A stretch of 64,000 nt of DNA from Azolla caroliniana (taxonomy: Eukaryota > Plantae > Polypodiophyta): contig JBHGNT010000004.1 of NCBI GenBank assembly GCA_043228905.1, positions 12,586,001 through 12,650,000 on the forward strand. Direction: 5' to 3'. Within the stretch, counting starts at the first letter, position 1. Every line of letters begins with the position of its first letter. Positions 36,915-47,900 of this stretch are shown piece by piece. The translations under genes and the position numbers were made by a program. Below the pieces are notes generated by a model. It was not told where the DNA came from. It ran no database searches and saw only the letters and a list, made by a program, of their open reading frames with translations.

Positions 36915-37530
36915 CAAGTGACCAAGCAGAAGAGAGCCGAACGAGGAGCAAAAGGTAAGTCAAATACCATGGCCCAATCAAACGAGCTAAAATGGCAAAA
37001 TCAAAAGAATGGAAAGGCCGAGAAGCTGAAGATGCAACACTAGGAGCATAGGAGCAAGCATGAGATGGAAGCAAACGATCGACCAAAGGCCAAGAGTCAG
37101 AATTGAACACGAGCTGATTTGAACAAAAGAGCCGATTCAAACAAAATTTGATCTGAATCAGTTGATTCGACCAACTCAAACAAGCCAACCCCAACGACAT
37201 ACGATTCGGATGACTGGCTGAATTAGGCTAGATCCCGACTTTACCTCTGCCAATTCAGCCATATGCCAACTGACTTGTAATTATACAATTGTAACTTTAG
37301 ATCAAATTGTAATCTAGGTTTACGGGGGAGATAACCCCATATCATTGTTTGTAGACAAAGTAGTCCTTTTACATGGGAGTTTGTTGGGGTAAAAGTCCTA
37401 CTCTACCCACTTGTATCCTAGTGTGAACACGTCCTAACAGTTAGGGCTAAGTTGCCCTAATTATATAAGTGAGAGACTACGCATTGTAAAATGGGTTCGA
37501 GGGTTAATGTAACATAGTCTTCTTTGAGCA

Positions 37531-37564
<34 letters not shown>

Positions 37565-37869
37565 CGAGCCCAATCCTTGCACGAATTTCTCTCACAACCA
37601 CGATGTGCACTCTCGATTGCAACATTCATTGGTAAGTTCTTGAACATCGAGAATCGCTACTCACCTTCACACGTATCACGTGAAATGTAATATTTTTGGT
37701 CTCATAGGTCATATTTGACCTCCGAAGACGATAATATAATCTATCTATCTATCCATCTCTTTGTGTAATAGTGCTTATCTCCACTTGCGTTGTTTGCGAG
37801 ATTCATTGACAGGTCCTCAATCATCTTCCACATCATCATCAACATCTCTACATATTATCTACCACAATA

Positions 37870-38480
37870 CAAATGTATAGCCGCTCTTCTAGTGCTGAAA
37901 AAGATCTACATCAATTTGGGAAGTTACTCCTACAAATGTGGAATAGTACCAGATTGCTTATTGCAAATGGTGTATCCTTATGGCCCAACAGTAATGGTTT
38001 TACATTTAGAAAACACAATGGAAATAGTGTAATTGACTATGTGTTCCTTTCTGACGGTATTTTGGATCATATACATAAATTCACACTTGCTGAATGGACA
38101 CCTGAATCTAATCATAAGCACTTTATATATTGACCTCAAATCTATACATAGATTTTATTGTGAGATAGCCATTGAAGATAATAAACACCCGCACTTGAGC
38201 ATGAACCATAAGCGAGCGCCCATGTATTCCAAGATGGTTTAGGATATGTTACGAATGACAAAGATGGTTGAGGAATGCAAATGGGAAGCTTTTAAGAATG
38301 TCATTCTCTCATGCACAAAAAAATGTTTTTCGACCAAGCACACATCTTGGAAATGCACCAAGAAATGCAGTTCACAAAAAAAATGGTTTGATAAATACTG
38401 CCATGAAGCTTGAAAGTGCTTTATGATTTTGGATGTAGTCAGAAAATTACCAAAAGCATTTGCATGAGGACAAATTCCTT
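37870..38480 (+). mobile_element. LINE (non-LTR retrotransposon) relic: APE-endonuclease C-terminal part
   Basis: FGKLLLQM..NG..FTF..NGNSVIDYVFLS..PESNHK (SDH-type motif), followed by KKWFDKYC; frameshifted. Confidence 0.7.
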
Positions 38481-38588
38481 ATTCAAAGAAAGTGAAGAAT
38501 ATGGGAAGTTACTCCATAATTTCTCCAAACACAAGAGAAAGCATAGAATGAGAGAGAGTAACTATGAAAGGGAATACGTATTAAGATA

Positions 38589-38688
38589 AAGAGATACAAG
38601 AGAGCTTTTACTTGGGGGACTTGAGCCTAGTGTTGAACAAGAGATACAAGAGAGCTTTTACTTGGGGGACTTGAGCCTGGTGTTGAAC
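38589..38688. repeat. ~50-bp tandem duplication (2 copies) inside the old LTR
   Basis: aagagatacaagagagcttttacttgggggacttgagcct(a/g)gtgttgaac occurs twice in tandem. Confidence 0.85.
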
Positions 38689-38855
38689 TGGAATGGTTCG
38701 ACAAAAGTGAGATTATATAGTGGCTCATGGAACATTCTAGGGTTTTCTAGAATGTTCCAGGAAGTTCTAGAATGTTCCATGTTTCAACAAACTATAATAT
38801 TATGTAATAATATAGTACATATGTACATTAGATAGCTTTAAACTCGAACCCGAAA

Positions 38856-38927
38856 GCCGCTACTCGGATTCGAACCGAGATGCTCTAGCACTACTTCCTA
38901 AGAGCAGCGTGTCTACCAGTTTCACCA
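38856..38927 (-). tRNA. trnL-UAG: Plastid-derived tRNA-Leu(UAG) pseudogene (NUPT), 5' acceptor strand missing
   Basis: Minus strand reads TGGTGAAACTGGTAGACACGCTGCTCTTAGGAAGTAGTGCTAGAGCATCTCGGTTCGAATCCGAGTAGCGGC, matching plastid trnL-UAG as recalled; the first 7 nt (GCCGCTA) are absent. Confidence 0.88.
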
Positions 38928-39068
38928 AAAACTGTACCATCTAAATGTTTTCGCGGTCGTATTCACTTTGAATTCAACAAATGTATCGCTTGCGAAGTCT
39001 GTGTCCGAGTGTGCCCGATCAATCTGCCTGTCGTTGATTGGATGTCGGTGAAGAGCATGAAAAAGAAG
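38928..39068 (+). pseudogene. ndhI: Plastid ndhI fragment (NUPT)
   Basis: Translates as [38 protein letters not shown], the NdhI 4Fe-4S motif (CxxCxxCxxxCP). Confidence 0.92.
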
Positions 39069-39320
39069 TTAGTCCTTGACCTTGTACACATAGGTCATAG
39101 GTGTAAGCCTGGCTATCATGTGGTGACTATCTCATTATCCCCCTCCTAAAATGATGAGTCATACGAACTATCTTGGGTACATTAGGACTAGGTTCATTGC
39201 GGTATTGAAGATGAAATTCATTGACAAGATTTGAAGTCGGGTTAAATTCCCACGTGTGATCATTGATTCATTTGGATCATAACCTGGACCCAATCCACTA
39301 TATAATATAATTTATTGCGT

Positions 39321-39413
39321 CAAAAAGTCAGTCATCTCATTAATCTATGCCAAAAAGTTAGTCATCTCATTAATCTGTGTCAAAAAGTCAGTCATCTCAT
39401 TAATCTGTGTCAA
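39321..39413. repeat. 30-bp tandem repeat, 3 copies
   Basis: caaaaagt(c/t)agtcatctcattaatct(a/g)tg(c/t) three times; related to 39598-39622. Confidence 0.85.
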
Positions 39414-40559
39414 CGCAATAACCATACATGATCATCAATGTGAAACATATGTTGAAGACGACGATGATCCGCAAAGCTTTTGTGGTCTACTACCCCTTGT
39501 AGTAAATGGTGGGACACCTATTAGTAATTGTCACGAAGGTTTGAGAAGGGAACAATGGAACACTGTGTGAAATTGCATATGGGAAAGGAGATCAAGACAA
39601 AAAGTCACCTCATTAATCTATGATGAGATCATAAATGGTCCCAATCATTGATAATCAAGTTTATCACAAGGTCGTGTCGTTCTCATGTGTCGCCACAATA
39701 ACCATACATGATCATCAATGTGAAATGTATGTTGAAGATGATGCGCAATGCTTTTGTGGGCTTCTACTGCTTGTAGGAAATGAGTGAACACTTCCACTTG
39801 GATTTGTAGAAACTCTAGGAAGTTCCAAGAAAGACCATCGAGGATGATTGCCACTATATGTGAAGGAGGATGTGACCTTAGTAGAGGAATGCACTAACTT
39901 ATTGTATGCAAACTCAAGGAAATGAAACATATCAATCCAATCATTTTGTTGGAAGCTAATGAACAACGAATATATTGTTCTAATGTTTGATTAGTGCATT
40001 CAATTTGATCAACACTTAGTGTATGATGACTAGAAGAGTTTGCATGAGACCTTGAGTAATGATTAAATGCCTCCAAAACTTACAAACAAATTGAGACCCA
40101 ATAATGTTGTATTGGGAGACTATGAAGTCGAAAATTTTCTCTCATAACAAGATTAGTTGTTTCTTCATATGTGATGCTCTTAAGACATGGTATAAAATGT
40201 GCCATCTTTGTAAATCGATCAATTATTATTAGAATAGTATCAAAACCTTTACAAAGTGGCAAATATGTAGTAATATCTGAGGAAATAGATTGGCAAGGTC
40301 ATTCAATAATTGGTAAGGGGTGCAATAATCCATAGGGGCAATGATTCGGTATCTTTGTCCAACAAGTCACATAATTTACCACAAAATCAAAGGCCACCAA
40401 AATGATCAAGTAACTAATCCTAATGTTTTCTGGATCCCAAAATGTTCAGCCATGTAAGTATCATGACCAAGCTCTAAAACTTTGAGACAAACAAATCCAT
40501 CAAGGACATTAAAGTCCACTGTTGTATAAGATTCCATCATGCCACTTCAACTTCTTATA

Positions 40560-40790
40560 ATCTATAATTTTGGGGTAACGCAATGAGAACTACATGTGGT
40601 CCCTTTGGATAGTGAAGTTCTAGAGAGCTTTTGGATAGAAAAAGATGTCGTATGCAAGCATTTGATAGTGTTTGGTTTGAGAATCTATCCTCACATTCCA
40701 AAAGATAAAAGGTCAAAACTTCATGATGAGAGAGAACCACGTACATTCTTGGAATACAATCATCAAGAGTTTGGTTACATATGCTATATT
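40560..40790 (+). mobile_element. Copia integrase C-terminal relic
   Basis: VPLDSEV..KDV..KHLIVFG..YPHIPKDKRSKL..FLEY..EFGY, homologous to 20414-20695. Confidence 0.7.
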
Positions 40791-41668
40791 CCTAGAGGAT
40801 CAAACCTCCCAAAGTATAGTTCCCATAGATTTGACTCGCAAAGGATTTTTCAGTTGTCGTCAATGATGATGACGCAACTAACAATTATAAGATTCCTCCC
40901 ATATAAATTGGACACTTTTAGTATTTAGCACCCAAAACTTGCTTGCAAAGAGTAAATTGAACGCCTTCAAACCATTATATAATATTTAAGAGGAAACTAG
41001 CAAGCCATTTCTATTGAAGATTGTGACTATGAAAGATTGCCCCTTATCACCTTACCATTTCATAGGCCCTACCCTTTAAACAAGACTTTTCTCATTATCA
41101 ATCAGATTCAAAAGACCTCAATATTAGCCACCTCTGAGCTACAAAAATAGCTCTTAACTAACTCAATATGCCACCCTCTAGATGACAAATGAAGAAAGCT
41201 TTGATGTTCTATTTCATGAATTGATACCGACACTGTTATCAGTTTGGATACATGAGAACAGTGTCCATCTTAAACCGGTTTAACTCTCTCATCATTTCAC
41301 ATTTCAGAGTTCCAAATCACTTATGTTAAAAACGACAATTTTATTCCTAGCGAAGACTTAGTGAACAGTTAGCTGAATTTGTAAACTACACATTCAATCT
41401 CAATATATGCAAAGACAGATATGCCCTGCAGCCAGCTTCGAAACCATATACCCACGTTTCTGTATACACATTTCTGTTAAATGAAATTAGGCTACCTTTC
41501 TCGTTCCTTGAATTAGCTGCAAAATTGAATATTAGAACGTATATATTTCCTTTGCCATCTTCAAAACCTGTTTTTCTTCATAAACTGCTCCTACAAGAAC
41601 TGAATCTCAAATATCCATGTCTCTAGCTGGAAACAATTCACTTGGGGACGACCTCCCATTTGATGCAA

Positions 41669-41880
41669 TCATTTGTGATAAAGGAAGAGAATCCCGAAAA
41701 TAAAGAAGCCAAACATCTGAAAGAAACACATCTTTGAAGTGAAACATAGCACTACTTAACTAGGAGAAAAAAAATCAGTGGAGGGACAAATTATACCATT
41801 GAAAAGCATGCACTGTAATAGGGATAAGCTGCCTGAATAAATCTCTCGTACTCATCATGCCTAAAAGGCCGTACTGGGAT
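41669..41880 (-). CDS. OST48: OST48 exons 13-14 (TM helix, stop)
   Basis: [28 protein letters not shown], then [15 protein letters not shown]. Confidence 0.94.
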
Positions 41881-41927
41881 CTGGAGAACACACACACACA
41901 CTCTCTCTCTCTCCCAATGATAACATT

Positions 41928-41958
<31 letters not shown>

Positions 41959-44900
41959 ATCAGTTGGAAAATATATAAGTGACTTAACTGGTTTGAGCAG
42001 ATTAAGCAAGCCTCAAGCTGAACCAACCTGAGCTCAAACCAGTAAGAAACCTCAAGCCTAAACCGAGCCAAACTGAACCACCAAACGGCCAAACCATTTT
42101 AATGGTTAAATGGTTCCGTTTACACCTGAGTCGAACCGTTGCAAACTCCTCGCTCTTTCTCTCTCTCTATCAGTTGGAATGTAATGGTTAAATGGTTCCG
42201 TTTATGTCTGAGTCAACTCGTTGCAAACTCCTAGCTCTATGAACAAAAATGCACAACATGGATCTACAATGTATTAAAATGTTTACACTCCTCCCTTTGG
42301 TTGAGTGGCTCAAACTCCTGAAAAATTCATAGCGTAATTTGGGCTCAGCGAGGAAAAGACAAAGTTCACAACCTTCCTTGAGTTACTAGTACCAGGAGCC
42401 ATTCTTTCTTTCTTTCCTCTGTTGGAAACAATTATGTTTCCGCTACTGGCTTCAACCCTTACAGTGCCATATTTTATGATTCCCTAAAGGGAAGTTTGAT
42501 ATTTGGAATTTTCATAAATCGCAAGAATATCATTCAGATCCAAGAAATTACTTAGTTGAACATTAATGTTTGTAAAACCCACCTCTTCTAATTAATTTAT
42601 CTGTTGTTTTAGTAGTGAAGGCACTATTTGCTTCTCCTTACCTCATTTCATCACAATATTAGAAAGAATTGAGGTAAATATATTCTCTTGCCTTGTCATC
42701 TTCAGACATTGCCCCATATTATCATTATGCACGTCCCTAATGTCACACCGCACATGTCCAGCTCGGATGGGAAGAAGTTACTCCCTGCCTCCCTCTCTCA
42801 GAAGTATGCAGGATCCATGTTTCTTCTCGTTTTACAGCCATAAGAACATCTTAAACTCTATTCCAGAATCTCTGTACAACTATTACCAAGATTTCTTTCC
42901 TTTGGAGTTTGGTAAAAAGCACAGAATCCTTGGGTTTCTTTATTTTTTTAACCGCAATTATGATCTGTTTTCTCCCTATTCTTAAGTAATCGTTCTTGCC
43001 AATGCCTCTCTTTTACAACCAATAGGGTCACATTCACCTCGTACCTCATTTAACTTACATTTTTCACATGGAATTACTCCACACTTGTCAACTATGCAAT
43101 AGGAAAGAATGTCAAATTTGGTGGCAGCGGTGCTCTCCAATTTGTGGCTATAGTCATGTTTTCATAAAATGGTGTTTTCCACGTTATTATTCAATCCTGC
43201 TCCCTTCTTGTGCTTATAGAATTCATAAATCTTTTGGGTTATCGCTTTCTACTTATGACAATGATACATGAGGAATTTTGGACTAGCACCCGCTTGATTG
43301 GCCATGATATTCAATTTCCTTGACATCTTTCAAGCTTTCAATCGTTCATGGGAGGGTTTGCAACCTGTGTCTTGTATTTCATCATGTGTCACATGCCAAC
43401 TTCTAATGGTGCATTTCTCAAGTGCATTTTTTAAGGTTTTTATTGATTTTTTTTACTAGTCAGGGATTTGTATAGCAAGTTCAGATATTGTTGTACAGTC
43501 CAAGAAGTTCATGCACAAAGATATCCAAGTTCTTGAAGCTGAAATCAGTGATTAGCTACGTAACTTAAATAACAAAATCAAATCTTGGGCATGCATACTA
43601 CACGATGTATATCTGTACATCCTGTTGCTCATTGTTTGAAGGGTGATCCTATCAGAGATTAGCTACGTAACTTAAATATCAAAATCAAATATTGGGCATG
43701 CATACTACACGATGTATTTCTGTACATCCTGTTGTTTATTGTTTGAAGGGTGATCCTATCAGAGATTAGCTACGTAACTTAAATAACAAAATCAAATCTT
43801 GGGCATGCATACTACACGATGTATATCTGTACATCCTGTTGTTTATTGTGTGAAGGGTGATCCTATCAGAGATTAGCTACGTAACTTAAATAACAAAATC
43901 AAATCTTGGGCATGCATACTACACGATGTATATCTGTACATCCTGTTGTTTATTGTTTGAAGGGTGATCCTATAATTGTGCTACATCCCCATTCAGGCTA
44001 GCAATCTGAAGACGTTCTCAACTAGGACACTCACACTACTGTTCTAAAGATCTCATAGAGTGAACTCACATACCATCACAAGGATAATAACAACATTTTT
44101 AAACAGCAATATCATCCTATTTTACTAATGCTGCTCATAAATTCCCAAGGTTCTGGCCCACATATTTGATGAGTGAAAGACTAGCGCAACCAAGTCTTGA
44201 AAGACAATCTAATACAGGCATTCAGGCATGCAATCAGAGAATTCTCCATTAGGATTCATACTACTCTTTCAACAACCTCATACACTGCACTCGCACGCCA
44301 TCACAAGTATAGCACTTTTAAACTAGAACAATGTCATCCTATACTATGATGCTCAAATCATTCAAGGTTCTGGCCTACCTGTTTGCTCAGTGAAAGACCA
44401 GTGTAGCCAAGCCTGTTGTATTCCACTTTGAATTGGAACACTCCATATACATCAGGAACTTGAAATGATGTCGAGTATTGGCCCTGAGTAAGAAGCCATG
44501 CATGGATAAGAGAATGTAATCCTGAATATTCACATCCAAATCCATGTTTTGAGGAAATATTCTAATGCAGATTTACCTGGCCATTATGTTCCAATGTCTT
44601 CAAAACATAAGGGCTCATCATGTAGAACTGAACTTGGACATCATTGGCTTGATAAGGTTTCCAGTCTTTTCCACTCCATTCATATATTTCCAATGAGTAT
44701 TCCTATGATAACCATCCACTCACATTAAATGAACATTAAGAAATAAATAAACAAGCAATAGGAGAGATAAAAACATGAAGTAATTCATTTTATGAGGCCA
44801 AAATGACCTACAAGACCAAAACATTTTTACAAATCTATAGAACTGGCATAATTGTATCTCATCCTAATAAGATGCTACCGGTCTATTAATAGACTACATG

Positions 44901-47900
44901 CCAATTTTGAGATGTCCCTTCAATATGCCACTTATTAAGATATTCTCGACCAAGCGAGTTATATTAGCATGTCTTACGACTTCTATGATGGATAATGACA
45001 GCTTCTATCTTTTAGAGATAGTGACTTGATCTGCAGTGCCTTGATCTGCTCTCAGCTCCCTTCAAACTAGTATCAAACCACACGACGATCAGCACAATAG
45101 GTCACGTTTTCGAAATACGTGACAGTCAATGCAACAGGTCATGTTTTAAGAGGTTATAATCGGTTATAATTGCATCAGATTTGCTAATTTCATATCAGTG
45201 ATGCCAATCATGATGAATAATATAGGAATGAAGTGCAGTTCAGTAGGGCGTTTGTTTTGGGTACAACAGCAACCCATCGTACCCTACCCTACACAACAGC
45301 TTGCCTTTGTCCAAGTAGGGGTCCTAAGTGGCATGTTATGGTTTTCCCCCCATTCCTTGGAAAGAGTTAGCCTCCAGTTTAAGTGGGAAATACTAATCAT
45401 TATAGCCACTTTTGTATCTGTACCCCCTGGGATAATCAGGTGGGTTATTCACACCCAGTTTTGATGTAGCCACTATTTTTCAATTTATTCTCTTCTTTCA
45501 AGGTTTCAACATGATAGGTCACATTTTCAAATCAAGCAGCAACAATCAGCACAGATCACTACAAGTTAATGCAAGCAAGAGACAGGCAGGGGGATGCAAC
45601 AGTCAGCGCAGTGCACTACACATCAACGCAAACAAGATACAGGCAACAGGCAGCAGTTCCTCAGGTTTTCCCACACATGGATTCTCTGCAAGCAAACCCA
45701 TTACACACTGACAGGAATTCACAAGCTTAGGGCCTGCATTTGCTTAATATTTTGGTCATTTTTCTTTGGCTAAAAATTATGGTTGGTAGACGTGATAGCA
45801 GCCATCTCATGCACATCATGAAGCTTGAGGGTGCACACAATTTCTATATGAGGAAAAAGCAATGCTACAATATCTTGTTGCAGTAGGCAAACCATATCAA
45901 GGTCGAAGGGGCAAAGCCTACAGATATGGATGAAGACTCGACCATTGAGCTATCAAAGTTAATTGATTGGCTTATGGATTTGTGCATGTAAGAGGGCACA
46001 TCCATGTCAATTCACTTGAGTGAGTTTAACTCTATTTTCAACCAGTTGTTGGTTGCTTGACATTTGTAATTGATGATGAGTTTAGGTTTTGACAATCTGC
46101 CTATATTATTTAAACTAGACTATAGGCATTGTATGACTAGAAGTATGCAGGTAACAACGTTCATTGGGTGAAAAACCTTATAGATTTGCACAAGAAATTC
46201 ATCATTGATGATGATTTTAAGTAACAATCGGCAACGATTTGGTTCCATTCCATTCGAGGGTGTCAAACTCGAACCATTTCAAAAAATTGAAACTTAAAAC
46301 CAAACCACAAATCGTTTAAACCAAAACCAAACCAAATAATTTAAGAGATTTTCAAACCGTTAAAACCCTTAAAACCGTGGTTTTGTAGTTTGGTCAAAAT
46401 CAAAATATCAATTTTTATTTTTAATTTTTTAAGTTTTTCAAAATTTAGAATTTTTCTCAAAATGTCAAAATTAGTCTTAAGAATGCAAACGTTGTTCAAA
46501 AAATTATTCAAGAAAATATTTAAGAAAATAAGCAAGTGTCAACTCTAAACCTTCAAACCATTTAAACCAGAAACCGTTAAGTAGATAGAGGCTCAAACCA
46601 AACCAAACCTTTGGCCCCCACAACGAGCTGAAACCGAAACCGAAACCGAAACCGAACCATTTACAAAAACCTGAACCTAAACCGAACTGAAGCGAAGTAT
46701 TTAAAACCGTTAATCCCTTAAGCTGTGGTTTCGATGTTCGGTTCGGTTCGGTTCAAACCGAACCATTGCCAATTGCTAATTTTAAGTCTAAATTTTTGCT
46801 TTGCAATTTGCCAAAGAGCTAGGATATATTTAGGACTACTATGAGCAATTCAAATGTGATGCTTTTGTATGCTGATGGAGAAAGTTCACTATTGATAGCC
46901 TGAAGTACAGATTTCACCTTGTCTTGTAAAGTTTGTATAACTCATAAGCTTTGCAACTCCATTTTGGGGTGGATTATGAGGGCAATGACCTCCCTCTTTA
47001 TCCCTTTGCTATCACAAAATACTTGAAAGGTCTTGGACACATATTCCCCACTATTGTCTGTTGGGAATAAAGGGCCATCGTGCCTTTTATTAGTGCACGA
47101 GTGTGAACGCACTCGTAGCATTCTTTTGACTTGTATATACATAATATCTAAAAACCAAAAACCAAAGACAGCATGCATCTCTCTCTCCCTTTGTCTCTCA
47201 CTCACTCTCTCTCCCTCTCTGTTTTTGACCTAAACCCTAATCCTCATGCTGCCTTCAAACTGGTATCAGAGCAGAGTTTCGGGTTTTTTGCAGAGCAGAG
47301 TCTAGGGTTTTCTGCAAAGCAAGTCACATTTTCTACAGAGCAAGTTTGGTCCTCTGTTTGGGCTAAGAAATCATGACTAGCAACAGTGACAATAGCCACC
47401 TTATGCACATCAAGAAGCTTGAGGGTGCACATAATTTTGCGGTTTAGAAAAAGCAATGCAACAACATCCTACTGCAAAAGAAGCATGCAAAGCCTATTAA
47501 AGTCAAAGGGGTAAAGCCTACAAATATGGACGAAGATGATTGGCAAGAGTTGAACGAGCTTGCACGATCGACTATTGAGTTGTCGATTTCTGATGCCTTG
47601 CTTTTTAGTATCAAAGGTTTGGATTCCGCCTATTCTATATGGACTAGACTAGAGGAACTGTATGCCCAAAAGATGGCAGCTAGCAAAGTTTATTGGCTTA
47701 AGAAACTTATGGATTTGCGTATGACAGAGACACCTACGTCAACTCACTTGAGTGAGTTCAATTCCATTTTCCGCCAGCTGGTTGCCTTGAAATTCATCAT
47801 TGATGATGAGTTTAAGGCCACATTTTTACTTTGCACCTTGCCAAAAAGTTGGGATACTTTCAGGACTGCTATGAGCAATTCAAATGTGATGCTTCTTTAT

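Larger units (their letters stand above)
38530..40555 (-). mobile_element. Old degenerate chromovirus: integrase/chromodomain relic (39150-40555) and 3' LTR (~38530-39130)
   Basis: GFDTILIIIDRFTKMAHFIPC; TNQTLEQYIRC; HVWLLWRHMRTTRPCDKLDY; PPT-like ggaggggga; LTR shares gaacattctag motifs and its start with the LTR at 2035-2480. Confidence 0.75.

Noticed and set aside
36915-37805. 3' LTR of the oldest Copia relic
   Set aside because: TATA-like and (CT)n features are present, but no PPT, clear TG start or second copy fixes its borders.
38856-38927. Functional nuclear tRNA-Leu gene
   Set aside because: Plastid-type sequence, lacking the 5' acceptor strand and fused to ndhI; a pseudogene.
43550-43972. 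Possible CRISPR-like array
   Set aside because: Units are contiguous with no unique spacers, there are no cas genes, and the context is a eukaryotic intron.
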